NCBI GenBank assembly: GCA_044892505.1
Contig: CM097882.1
Coordinates: 428,978,001-429,042,000 of the forward strand
Length of the DNA stretch: 64,000 nucleotides
Direction of reading: 5' to 3'
From: Schmidtea nova
Taxonomy: Eukaryota
Shown here: piece by piece, positions 23,988 to 36,716 of the stretch
How the letters are laid out: every line of letters starts with the position of its first letter
Numbering within the stretch: position 1 is the stretch's first letter
Position numbers and translations under genes: made by a program
Notes under the pieces: generated by a model
What the model was told of the DNA's origin: nothing
The model's input: the letters and a program-made list of their open reading frames with translations, nothing else
Database searches by the model: none

Positions 23988-24403
23988 ATGCCAGCACGTA
24001 AATCAACTTATGACATCAGTGAAGAAAGAAAAATCAATAATGAAGTTAAACCCGTACAAATGTATAACGATTACAAAATTTATTTCTTGGTTCGAGAAAT
24101 ACCTTTTCGTTTATCGTATCCAGTGAAATTAACAAAGTCATATATGACAATTTAGCTGCAAATCTAAGTAAAGAAGATGTTTTTGCACTAAATAAAGTTT
24201 TATTCAAAATCAATAATAATTTAAGTTGCAAGGAAACTATATGGATCAACAACCGAAAAACCCGTTTCCATGATGTCTTTCAATCTATCGATTACAAGGA
24301 TCAAGAAAATTGGTTTATTACCATAATCATACAGAGATATAAAATCAATACAAAAGATGTTATTACTCCAATTTGGAGAATTGACAGTGCACGATATGCA
24401 TAA
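23988..24403 (+). pseudogene. Maverick accessory gene starting MPARKST, one frameshift
   Basis: Frame 1 MPARKSTYDISEERK..IPFRLSY, shifting at ~24110 to SEINKVIYDNLA..PIWRIDSARYA*. The stop lies inside the TIR. Confidence 0.55.
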
Positions 24404-24728
24404 ATGTTATTTTAGAAATGTTATTTTATAAATGTTATTTAATAAATGTTAATAATTTAAATTTTAGTTTTTTATAAGTTTTTTATAAGTTTTTANNNNN
24501 NNNNNNNNNNNNNNNNNNNNNNNNNNNNNNNNNNNNNNNNNNNNNNNNNNNNNNNNNNNNNNNNNNNNNNNNNNNNNNNNNNNNNNNNNNNNNNNNNNNN
24601 NNNNNNNNNNNNNNNNNNNNNNNNNNNNNNNNNNNNNNNNNNNNNNNNNNNNNNNNNNNNNNNNNNNNNNNNNNNNNNNNNNNNNNNNNNNNNNNNNNNN
24701 NNCTGAGCAAACTTTGGCTATTTGTTGT

Positions 24729-24860
24729 GCATTTTATTTTTTTCCTAACAGCGTCTGTGTGCGCTTATTTCTTAACAGCGTCTGTGTGCGCTTATTCAAT
24801 ACGCGTCTGTGTGCGCAATATGTTTTTTCTTCTAGCGTCTGTGTGCGCAATATAATTTGG
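24729..24860 (+). repeat. Four short repeats with core GCGTCTGTGTGCGC
   Basis: The motif recurs four times at ~27-36-nt spacing. Confidence 0.8.
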
Positions 24861-25141
24861 AATTTATTATCTCTCGATTCTTGTTTTTCTTGGATTTTAG
24901 AGTTTGAGAATTTGATTTGATTGATTATTTTTATTGATAATTGAATTGTAGGAATATGGTTTTGTTTTATTATTCCAATGAATTTTTGTGATGGTTTCGA
25001 TTATGGAATTTAGAGGAAGCTTTGAATTTGATTTGAATTTAGTTTTATAATTTGGAAGTTATTATTACTGGATTCTTGTTTTTCTTCGATTTTGATTTGG
25101 ATTGAAATTAAAACGTTAATTTCAAAGTGTGAACTATTTGA

Positions 25142-25513
<372 letters not shown>

Positions 25514-26521
25514 NNNNNNNNNNNNNNNNNNNNNNNNNNNNNNNNNNNNNNNNNNNNNNNNNNNNNNNNNNNNNNNNNNNNNNNNNNNNNNNNNNNNNNN
25601 NNNNNNNNNNNNNNNNNNNNNNNNNNNNNNNNNNNNNNNNNNNNNNNNNNNNNNNNNNNNNNNNNNNNNNNNNNNNNNNNNNNNNNNNNNNNNNNNNNNN
25701 NNNNNNNNNNNNNNNNNNNNNNNNNNNNNNNNNNNNNNNNNNNNNNNNNNNNNNNNNNNNNNNNNNNNNNNNNNNNNNNNNNNNNNNNNNNNNNNNNNNN
25801 NNNNNNNNNNNNNNNNNNNNNNNNNNNNNNNNNNNNNNNNNNNNNNNNNNNNNNNNNNNNNNNNNNNNNNNNNNNNCAATGGCTTGCACACGGAAGGGAC
25901 TCACAACGCGCGTTGAATGCGTACTGTTATCTGTCTTACACACAAGAGACTCACAACGCGCGTTGCACGCGCCTTGAATGTGTACTGTTATATGGTTGAC
26001 ACACATACACACACGCAAGAATATGACCATCATACTCAACTTCCAATTACCTTTTGTTTGATACATATATTACATAGTTTTAAACCTTGTACCCTTCAAG
26101 GGTCGACCACCTACCTTCAAGGGTTGACCATCATACTCAACTCTCAAATACCTTTCGAATGATATATAACTTGTAATGTTTAAAAATTTTTGAAGGTTTT
26201 TGACCCCTTGAAGGTTGAGAACCCACAATAGACCTTCAAAAGTATGACCATTGTGTGCACATCTCAATTACCTTTTGTTTGATATATTACACACAAGGTT
26301 TGAAAAAGGTTGAAGGTTTTGCACTCTTTGAAGGTTGAGCACCCACCATAGACCTTCGAATGTATGACCATTGTGTGCACATCTCAATTACCTTTTGTTT
26401 TATATATTACACACAAGGTTTGAAAAAGGTTGAAGGTTTTGCACCCTTTGAAGGTTGAGCACCCAGCATAGACCTTTGAAGGTATGACCATCATACTCAC
26501 CCTTCAAATACCTTTCGAATG

Positions 26522-26552
<31 letters not shown>

Positions 26553-27028
26553 GGTTTGAAAAAATTTGAAGGTTTTTGACCCCTTGAAGGTTCAGGACCC
26601 TCCATAAACCCTCGAGGGTATGACCATTGGATAGACCTTTAAAAGACCTTTCGAATGATACTCTTGTTTGAAGGTTTGACCTTATTTGACCTTTGGAAAT
26701 TCAAATTTAAAATTTGAATTTGAAATGAGTCATCGATGACGTCATCGCGATGAGTCATAAAAAATTCTACCCCCGGGAGTCATTTCCTTTGTTCGGCAAT
26801 GACTCATGCTCCACATAACTGCCTACTCATTGTAAGATCAAAATAGAATCCTTAAAAGATATCTAGATAAATAAAATTACCTGATAGCCATTTTTAAAAA
26901 ATGGCTAAATAAAAAATAAATGTAAATGAATAAATAAAACAATAATCAAAGTAACTACGAGTAACAAGTAGGTGTGCAAACCTACTTGTATCATAGTTAT
27001 TTTTAATGCTTGAAACCAGGTGTATTAT

Positions 27029-28080
27029 ACAAGTAGGTGTGCACACCTACTTGTTACTCATAGTTACTTTGTTGAATTTATTTAATTTTTCATTTAGCCA
27101 TTTTTTTAAATGGCTATCAGGTAATTTTATTTTTTTAAGATATCTTTTAATGCTTCTATTTTGATCTTACAATGATATAAGATCACTATAGAAGCTTTAA
27201 AAGTTTATCTATATTTTTCAATATTATTTTGATTTTATATTTATTAGCGTTTTAGGAAAATATGATTTTTATGATGTTTTTTGGAAGTATTTTACATTAA
27301 ACGTAAGTGAAAATATTTTTAACAATATTTTATTAATTAAATTAATTAGTCTCCGAATATTTCTATTATATTTGTTATACACTTATTTTTATTTAAGTTT
27401 TAAATACTTTTTAGAAAATCATGATTTTTTTAACATTTTTTTGGGAATTATTTTCATTTAACGTAAGTTAAAAAAATCATTTTTAATAAAAATTATTATT
27501 ATTATTAAATAAAAATTTTCTATTTTTGAAATATTTTTTTGGATATTCCAAATAATTTAATTAAGCTTAGTTTTTTATTTCTAGAATTCCTAAATTTTAT
27601 TGTCCTGCATTATCTTAGACTTCAAAATGTTGTAAATTGAAGTGTAAATATGTTTAATTTGAAAATAATTAAACGGATTTATTTTTTTGGCTACTGAAAA
27701 CAGAAAATTTTTCTAAATAATTTTTGTAAATATGTGAAATTTTATATTGAAATAAAACTTACGATGTTATCTATCCACTCTCTCGACAACTCCCGCAGGA
27801 AATATTTTAAATATTTATCCAAAAACCATATTTTAAAAATAAATAAATTTATTATAGCCCTTTTAATCGTGAAATAAGATGTACCCTTAAAAGTTTGCAT
27901 GCAATTTTCATTATGTATTGTATTTGTGTGTATAATTTAGTTTTTCTTACAGATTGCCTATCACATAATAAAACTTTTAAACCACGAAATATCAAAATGT
28001 AACACCTACGTAAGTTTTTATTTGCTATTGGTTATTTTTAATTTATATTATAGACACTTAATGCATGACACCAGGTGTAT
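27029..28080 (+). repeat. Copy C of the palindrome-headed ~1.1-kb repeat, head-to-head with copy B
   Basis: Perfect palindrome at 27029-27054, with a variant palindrome at 26964-26989. The body matches copies A and D. Confidence 0.85.
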
Positions 28081-28144
28081 GATAGTTCAGATAGATAACT
28101 TATTGTCTATACACCCGTTTTCATAGTTTAAAAGTAACTATGAT

Positions 28145-29240
28145 ACAAGTAGGTTTGCACACCTACTTGTTACTAATAATTACTTTGTTAAATTTTTTAT
28201 TTATTCATTTACCCATTTTTTAAAAATGGCTACCTCGTAAGTTTATTTATAAAGATATCTTTTAATGCTTCTGTTTTGATCTTACAATGATATAAGATCA
28301 CTATAGAAGCTTTAAAAGTTTATCTATATTCTTCAATATTAATTGGATTTTATATTTATTAGCTTTTCAGTAAAATATGATTTTTTATGAAGTTTTTTGT
28401 AAAGATTGTACATTACACGTAAGTAAAAATATTTTTTAACAATAGTTTATTAATGAAATTAATCAGTCTCCGAATATTTTTGTTCTTCACTTATTTTTAT
28501 TTAATTTTTAAATACTTTCTAGGAAATCATGATTTTTTTTAAATTTTTAAGGAATTATTTTCATTTAACGTAAGTTTAAAAATCATTTTTAATAAGAATT
28601 ATTATTATTATTATTAAATAAATATTTTCTATTTTTGTAATATATTTTGGATATTCCAAGAAATATTTTAATTAAGCTTAATTTTTTATTTTATAAATTA
28701 CCAAATTTTATTGTCCTGTATTATTTATGACTTCAAAATGATCTAAATTTCAGTGTAAATATGTTTAATTGTCTATAATTTGAAAATAATTAGACGGAAT
28801 TATTTTTTTGGCTACTGAAAACGGAAAGATTTGCAAAATAATTTTTGGAAATATATGAAATTTTATATTAAAATAAAAAATGCGATGTTATTTATCTATT
28901 TTCTCGTCAACTCCCCTAGGAAATATTTTAAATATTTACACAAAAGCCATATTTTAGAAATAAATAAATTTATTATAAGACTTTTAATCGCGTAAAATAA
29001 TGTACTCTTAAAAGTTTCCATGTAATTTTCATTATGTGTTGCGTTTGTGTGTATATTTTATTTTTTCTTACAGATTTTCTATCGCGTAATAAGACTTTTA
29101 AACTACTAAAAATCAACAGGTAACATCAACATAAGTTATCATTTGCTATTAATTATGTATTTTGCATATTATAGAACCTTTTAATGCATGAAACCATGTG
29201 TATGAACTTATGTGCATGCGCTACTTACTTTTACTTGCGT
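28145..29240 (+). repeat. Copy D of the palindrome-headed repeat, tandem to copy C
   Basis: Variant palindrome at 28145-28170. The body and tail match 3589-4662. Confidence 0.85.
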
Positions 29241-29637
29241 CTGTGTGCATGATTGGAAATTATAAAATATCGATTTTTTGGAATCTTTGATAATTAATTT
29301 CAATTTGCACATTAGAATTGTGGCGAGTTGGAAATTTGTTTGCTTGAATAAGTTACGTTGCTGAAAGTCGTGTAAATTTCGAAATTTTATATAATAAAAG
29401 AATTTGAAATTGATCCTTTTGAATATCTGTATGGTAATATAATTGATAGATATGTTTTTAACAATTTTTTAAGCTTTATTTTTAAATTTCCATTCAGTTT
29501 ATAGGCTTCTTCACTAATTAAGAAAATGTTTTTAAAACAGTTTTTACAATTTTAAATAAATTCTTTGATTCTAAGCAATAAAATTTTAATTGTTTTTTTG
29601 TAGATTGTTGCTCACAACTATAACATGAATTTTCAAG

Positions 29638-31008
29638 TTAGAATGTGAAAACTGTGTTGACACTTGGAGTAGAACTCGGTGTTAGAAAATAAAGTATAAA
29701 AGAAACTTTGGATAGTTTGAGTAAAATGTCTATAAAGGAGTCTAAATAGAGTTCGTGTTAATAGAACGAGGTTGAAGTTCATGACAATTATACCGATAAT
29801 AATTACCTGGAATTGTAAAGAATTTAACCAGATTTGAAGGTTCACCGCATTTCTTGCCATTCTCTGTATCGAGCAATGTACAAGGTATAATCTGTATTGA
29901 ATATTGTTCATTTAATTTGAGATCGGTCAAGGTGAATGATGTTGCATCTGAATAGGACGAAGTGATTATAATTGAATGATATTGAATATAATTTACCCGT
30001 TCTTGTACTCGTCTTGTCAGTGGGCTGTTGACTGTGCCAGTAAGTAATGTCATAATAAATCGGACATTTCCTTTCTCCGCCATAATCCCATTTGATGAGT
30101 TTGGAAGTGTTACGTTCTGATGAAATGTTATGTAACATAACATTTGACAAATCTATGATAAATTATTTATACGAAATATTTTCCCACAACGATTACGTAC
30201 TTTTGGTCTTCGTTGTATTACAGAGTGGATTGCTTGGTGGGGATGACCCTGCATCATTGAATACTTCAATTGTAAAACAGTATGAAGTGCATTCCTGTAG
30301 ATCCCCTACATTGATTTCGGCTTTATCAGTAGTTACGTTTATTGTGGTATTCAAATTTGTGATCTTGTATCCCATAATTGGAATTCCGGGGTCTTTCTTT
30401 TCAGGCGCACTCCATTTAAAGATAAAATAATCAAGACCTTTTTCTTTCAAAGATAAATATAATCTGGAAGTTGGTGCTAAATACGATAATGGCAATGAAA
30501 TAATTTCATATCCTCTTCTTACCTTTCATAGTAAATGAGATTGTCTCCCGTGCAATGTTTTGTTCTCCGAATACGTTTTCCCCGTAGATGTCCACAGAAA
30601 ACGAATTTATGTTGTTTGGAATGCTAATGGAAATTTTATTTGTTTCTTTAAATTGAATGTCTGTTAATGTATTATTAAGGCATTCTTTTGTATCCGTGGA
30701 CAATTTTGAGTCCTAGAATGAAGAATTAAGATAATAGAGCCAAAATATAAATAGAAAGTGTCCAACAAAGTGTTATATTTCATTGTAAATATTTGGCCTG
30801 TGGCCCATACAAAATGTATACATAGATTATGTGAGACTTACTGATTGAATTTTATAAATATTTCTTAAAACACATTTTGAAAGGTTCTTGATACTGACAG
30901 CATAAGAAAGAATGTTGCCCTGATATGATCCACCAATGTCCCATTGTAATGTCAAATGTCGTGTACCCCACGCCATTGACGCATTGAGGTTATTAATTGT
31001 AATCTTTT
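29638..31008 (-). CDS. 3' six exons of the fibronectin type III repeat gene, copy 2
   Basis: Nearly identical to 9206-10574 (offset ~20432-20434), with the same splice sites and a few amino-acid changes (E>K, A>T, F>S, K>N). Confidence 0.72.
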
Positions 31009-32045
31009 CTGATATAAAATAAACATAAATAAAATTCTATCAAATTCGGAATTTAAATAAAAATAAAATATTGCGCACATCCTGTAAACCCAGTCTTGTC
31101 ATTTCTTCCACAGTAAAAAGTTATGAGTATGCAATTTTAAGAATTAAAATTCTTATATTCAAGAAATTTAGTTGGGGTTTTTTCTTTAACCTTTCTCAGT
31201 TTTCTAAAAGAACCTCCAATTTGGCACAAAGTATATTTCTGGTTGTCTTTACTTCCTTTTATGTTTAAAATTAAAAAAAATATATTCAACTGTATAAATT
31301 GAAATTTTCAATATTATTTATTGAGAGGTTTCTGTAATATTTATTCGGCAATAATCACAAGGTATATTATATTTGAAAAATTAATTTAAATCAAAATTCT
31401 TAATTAAGAATGAAAACAGTTTTTGGCACCTTGTAATAATGGCTATTATCATCAAATACTTTAATCTCATTGACATTTAATAGTTTTACTATTTTATTTA
31501 TACTTTATCTGATAAAAATGAAAATTAATTAATGACTATTATTTTAAGTTTATTATATATAAATAAATATATTTGATATATTGTTTTATTTTTATTCTTG
31601 CAGAAATGGTTATAATAATAATTATAAAACTATTAGAAATATCAATAAAACATTTGGTTAGAATTAATATTAAAAAGAAAACATTAAAAACTTTTAAATA
31701 AAACATTAATGACGTAATATTAGCTNNNNNNNNNNNNNNNNNNNNNNNNNNNNNNNNNNNNNNNNNNNNNNNNNNNNNNNNNNNNNNNNNNNNNNNNNNN
31801 NNNNNNNNNNNNNNNNNNNNNNNNNNNNNNNNNNNNNNNNNNNNNNNNNNNNNNNNNNNNNNNNNNNNNNNNNNNNNNNNNNNNNNNNNNNNNNNNNNNN
31901 NNNNNNNNNNNNNNNNNNNNNNNNNNNNNNNNNNNNNNNNNNNNNNNNNNNNNNNNNNNNNNNNNNNATGTATAACTTATATATAATTAAATTAAAAATA
32001 TATACTTATTTATAAACAGTAGTTTGAATAATGGAATAAAATGGT

Positions 32046-33844
32046 AGAAGATGAATTTAGATAAATCCAAGCAGCACCAAGTATATAAGCAGAAGATGAA
32101 TTTAGATAAATCCAAGCAGCACCAAGTATATAAGCAGAAGATGAATTTAGATAAATCCAAGCAGCACCAAGTATATAATCAGAAGATGAATTTAGATAAA
32201 TCCAAGCAGCATCAAGTATATAAACAGAAGATGAATTTAGATTAATCCAAGCAGCATCAAGTATATAAAGAGAATGTGAATTTAGATAAATGCAAGCAGC
32301 ACCAAGTTTATAAAAAGAAATCGCAAGAGAAGATGGAGCTCAAAAATGTTAATAAAATGCAGCCTCCAGCAACAACCCTTTATATTTTTAATAAAAATCT
32401 TTGGCTGTTTATGTTTATTTATTCAGTCACGATAATTGGTGTCAGAAGACCTGATAATTCCCATCTTCGAAGTTCTCACAGTACAATGACGAGTGGAAAT
32501 TCAAACTACAACACCCAAACCACTGCAGAAAACTCAGGAAAGCTAAAAGTATAAGATGACTTGACATATATCGATCGAGTTAAAGGAAGATTTAATGAGG
32601 ATTTCTATAAAAATTCTCTCGAAGTTATGAAAGATTTCAAAGCTCAAAAATTAAACGCAGTTGCGGTGACACATCCCAATCCAAATGATATGACAATAAG
32701 TATCATTTATTATATTTATATAAATAAAATTGTATTAATATTTCTCACAATTTTATATATATTATTTTATAAATATTGTTTAACATATATTATATCATTT
32801 AAATTTACACTTCCCGAATTTTTTATCCCGCCTCTCTTCCACCCTTTAACTACAAACAACACCCATAATCCTAACCTAGATCCAACACACAATAACGATT
32901 CTTTCGCCAAAACCACACCGATACTACCAGCCTATATCCTCACGCGTTTTAATAACATAATACGAGAAATCGCCGTTACTTCCGATCTACACACAGACAT
33001 TGCCACATCGCTTCGCATTGACAAGACCTCATTCTACGTGTCATGCAATGGTTCTTTAGTCTCCTCTTCTACCCAGCTACAGTCTAATTCAATCTTGGAC
33101 ATCAAATGTCGCATCCTAGGAGGCGGTAGAATCACAACAGAGTCATCTTCCTCATCCGTATTTCGTCCCATACTGTTTTTCTTAGATCAAGACGGTACAC
33201 CTTCCTCGTGGTTTCGCATTTTTGAAGCCCGCACATCTTCTTTCCAGAAATCACGAGCCGATTACCTCCTTGACAGTTTACCCGCTGAGTTAATAGCCGA
33301 GCTTGCTCAGAAAATAGCAAATGCCCTTGATTCTGATAGCCCATACGAGAAATTAAAAGGACTTATAGTATCCAAATATACCTCATCACAGACCCAAGCT
33401 CTAAAGAAACTCTTGGCGCCACAGATTTACTCAGGGCAACAACCTAGTCTCTTTTTGGGTGAGATAATTCGTTTAAATGATGAGGCAGAAAGATGAGCAG
33501 AAGATGAATTTAGATAAATCCAAGCAGCACCAAGTATATAATCAGAAGATGAATTTAGATAAATCCAAGCAGCACCAAGTATATAATCAGAAGATGAATT
33601 TAGATAAATCCAAACAGCACCAAGTATATAAACAGAAGATAAATTTAGTTAAATCCAAGCAGCATCAAGTATATAAAGAGAATGTGAATTTAGATAAATG
33701 CAAGCAGCACCAAGTTTATAAAAAGAAATCGCAAGAGAAGATGGAGCTCAAAAATGTTTATAAAATGCAGCCTCCAGCAACAACCCTTTATATTTTTAAT
33801 AAAAATCTTTGGCTGTTTATGTTTATTTATTCAGTCACGATAAT
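32046..33844 (+). mobile_element. Internally deleted LTR retroelement (Gypsy-type gag) with 45-bp tandem repeats in its LTRs
   Basis: Direct repeats at 32046-32436 and 33497-33844. Primer-binding site (PBS) TGGTGTCAGAAG at 32437-32448, complementary to a tRNA-Leu 3' end. The gag-like ORF is truncated by a deletion into the 3' LTR. Confidence 0.75.
32486..33496 (+). pseudogene. Ubiquitin-like domain-Gag fusion ORF
   Basis: ATG at 32486 with one TAA at 32552-32554. UBL at 32930-33124 ending CRILGG, followed by Gypsy Gag-like WFRIFEAR..LLDSLP..YEKLKGLI..KLL..GQQPSLFL. Confidence 0.65.
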
Positions 33845-33868
33845 ATATATATATATATATATATATAT

Positions 33869-34627
33869 AGGCCTGAATTTACCTTTAGGCTGACAAGGCT
33901 GAAGCCTAGGGCCCAAAATTTTGTATTATTATTATAAAAACTTATTACATCTTTTAATTATTTGCAGATTATTATATTTATGTAATATAAGTAAAGAATT
34001 ATTTAGTTATATTACATATTTTATGTATAATATATAATACTTTTCCAAAGTCAAAATTTCACGAAAACACAATATTTTTTCAAATTTTTATTTAAAAAAG
34101 ACAATGTTGGCTTTGATTTTCTTCAACCGTTTACAAACAAAACATTAAAATCAAATCATTGTTTCAGATTACTGATTGTGTTTTTAAAGTCAGATGAAAT
34201 AGAATTAATAAATTAACCTTTTTGTGGAAATGTCTGGAAATAAATATCAAGCAATATAGTATTCTACGAATATAGTATTCTACAAAATACTTAAAAACTG
34301 TTGAGATATTTCCTATGAAACGTGAATGTGAAAGACGTTCTAAACCAAGTTTAGAAATAAGAGAGTAGCTACTTGCATGTGGATCAAGAGTGTACTCCGG
34401 AATTTCGTCAATGATGATGTTCAAAATCAGTGTATCATTGAGTACTAGTGATAGGCTTTTTCACCAATTCCAATACATTTTTTAAATGAGTCACATTTTT
34501 TCCAGAAAAAAATTGAGCTTTAAGAAGCATATAATAATGATAAAATCTTTGTTCTTTTTTACGAAGTTTGGTTTGCTGTTGTTACAAAGCCTAGCAGAGG
34601 TCACTGTAGGAGTAGACAATCGGCCTG
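33869..34627. mobile_element. Possible non-autonomous hAT remnant
   Basis: Ends TAGGCCTGAATTTACC and ..CGGCCTG, with subterminal GCCTAG motifs. No TSD is visible (the left flank is (AT)n). Confidence 0.35.
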
Positions 34628-34689
34628 CTTAAATGTTGCGGCAGTTCACAGCAGAAATATTTCAGTTGTACCTGTCATGAATAAATATG

Positions 34690-34930
34690 AGTCAAAGGGT
34701 AGTGAAAGAATAGAATTTTAAAGAATCTCTCAAGGAGCTCAAAGCATTCGGTTTGTTTAGAGGTATTAATATTCCAGTATTTATTATGAATAATGCCCGA
34801 ATACATCATTTTAAGGAGCTTGAAAAGGACGAAAAGTTTCTCAATTTAACATCAAGTACTTCCTCTTCATTATATTTTTTCTTATTAAAATTTAAAACGT
34901 ATTTTCTGTTTGGAAAAGTTTAGCTGTAAT
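34690..34930 (+). pseudogene. Tc1/IS630 (DDE_3) transposase fragment
   Basis: FIMNNARIHH and a degenerate YLPPYSPFLNPIENVFSVWK. Confidence 0.6.
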
Positions 34931-35601
34931 GGGGGGTGCTTAGACTCTACTAATGGTAAATTTGACAAAATTATTGATGATCATTAGGATCGTTTTACAG
35001 AAAATGCTAGGATATCCGAATACACGAGAAATCCTTCTTGAATAAATTGATTTAACTTTTAAAAATAAATATTTTTTTACAAAATTTTGCAAAACAATAA
35101 TAATAATTAACCATAGAACAGTCTATGAAAAAGATTTGTAAAAAATAAAATGTTAATATTAATTTTAAGTCACAAAACAATGGGTTAGCTTACTTGGCAT
35201 TTAAATTATTTTAGTAATTATTAGAAATTCCCTGGGACAATATGTCCCTACAGTATTGAAAGGGTTAATAATTTTTAAAAAATGAGATAAATTTTTTAAA
35301 TAATTTGATCTTGGTTTGGTTGTGTTTAGTAATATTAACTTTTGCAGCCTACTTTCATGTGCCTTTTCATTGTAGAATGTAAATTGTGAATATCTGTTTC
35401 ATTCAATTGCTTGTTTGTAGAGTGTGCTTGTTAAACACACTGCATTTCAATTTGTAATGTTTAGATATTTTATAAATTATTTTATAACTGTTTAATAAAT
35501 AAAGTTTTTGAGTTAATGAATAGGAATATTTACAGGAATTATTTATCATTAAGATGAATCAAAAATAATTGGTAAGTTTATTAATTATGAATTAAAAATA
35601 A

Positions 35602-35636
35602 TACACTTGATAAAGGCTGTGCCGAAATATTGTGTA
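35602..35636 (+). ncRNA. Putative minimal type I hammerhead ribozyme (U3-A8 core variant) in a Penelope-like terminal repeat
   Basis: TACAC-TTGATAA-A-GGC(TGT)GCC-GAA-ATAT-T-GTGTA: stem I 5 bp, stem II 3 bp, palindromic stem III. Confidence 0.55.
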
Positions 35637-36503
35637 CTTATTTAAAGAAATTTTGATCTATGGTCTTACCATTATGGGAATTATTGATAATAATATTTAA
35701 AAAAGATCAAAGGTGAAACAAAAGATGATATTTTTATTTACAATTATATACTTATTTTCAATTAATTTTGAAACAATTAAATTCTATACAAGTTTGATCG
35801 TGTTTTTTATTATAGGGTGTTGTGTTGGTATCTGAATTTTTTTCTCAAGAAATTCATATTAAGTAAAACAAGATTTTAAAAATAGATAAATTGGCGTGTT
35901 GTAATTATTATGATTTTATTATAAAAAAGCAATTGAATGAAACAGTGTATCCTGAGCTTGTCAGCTTGTTCACCAATTTTTTCATTCCGATACACCAACA
36001 CACAATTAATGGCACTAAACGACACTAAAGATTCTTAATAATAAATCGAAAAAACTAACGTATAAAAAATTAACATAAAACAAGACCTTATAATATAAGC
36101 AGATAGAAAAATTAGCGAGAAAAGAGAAATAAATAAATATACAACCACAGTTCACAAAGTTTCTATAATAAAAAAGACTAACAATTTGACATTAAATATG
36201 ACCCTAAATATTTATGTTAAAAAATTAATGAATATATCTGATGCTTCCTTGACATCAACTATTTCACGTAGACAAATTCATTGAAATATGTAAATTATGT
36301 TTACAATTTTTTATTTGAATAATTTCTTATTTTTTTCATGAATAAATTATTCATATTTTTTTTAAATATATTTCTAAAATTTATGAAAAAATAAGGAAGT
36401 TAAAATTTAACATTAAAAAATACAAAGCAATTGATAAGGTTTTATTTAATTTTCATGACGGTCTTATCAATTGTGTATTGGTGTACTATGAAATTTCTAT
36501 CTA

Positions 36504-36716
36504 CAGGTACGGACAAAAAATAAGGACACCTGCATTTGTTTATCTGAATTAAAATATATGCACTTATTTATGTGAACTCGTTTAAAGTTTCATGCTTCTG
36601 AGTTACATTATTGACAATGGGAAAAAGATCAGATTTAAGTCAAGACCTACGGGAAATAGTGATAAGATATTTTAAGGAGGGAAAATCATTTCGTGCAATT
36701 CCTGACATTTTACTTT
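36504..36716 (+). mobile_element. 5' fragment of a Tc1-like transposon (TIR plus HTH start)
   Basis: TA|CAGGTACGGACAAAAAATAAGGACAC, then ATG at 36617: MGKRSDLSQDLREIVIRYFKEGKSFRAI. Confidence 0.7.

Noticed and set aside
32051-32330. KMNLDKSKQHQVYKQ repeat proteins (also 33477-33893)
   Set aside because: Translation of the 45-bp LTR repeat. The frame contains a stop (TAA at ~32242), and the repeats lie upstream of the PBS.
35225-35268. piggyBac-like end (..GAAAGGG-TTAA)
   Set aside because: No matching opposite TIR found in the window.
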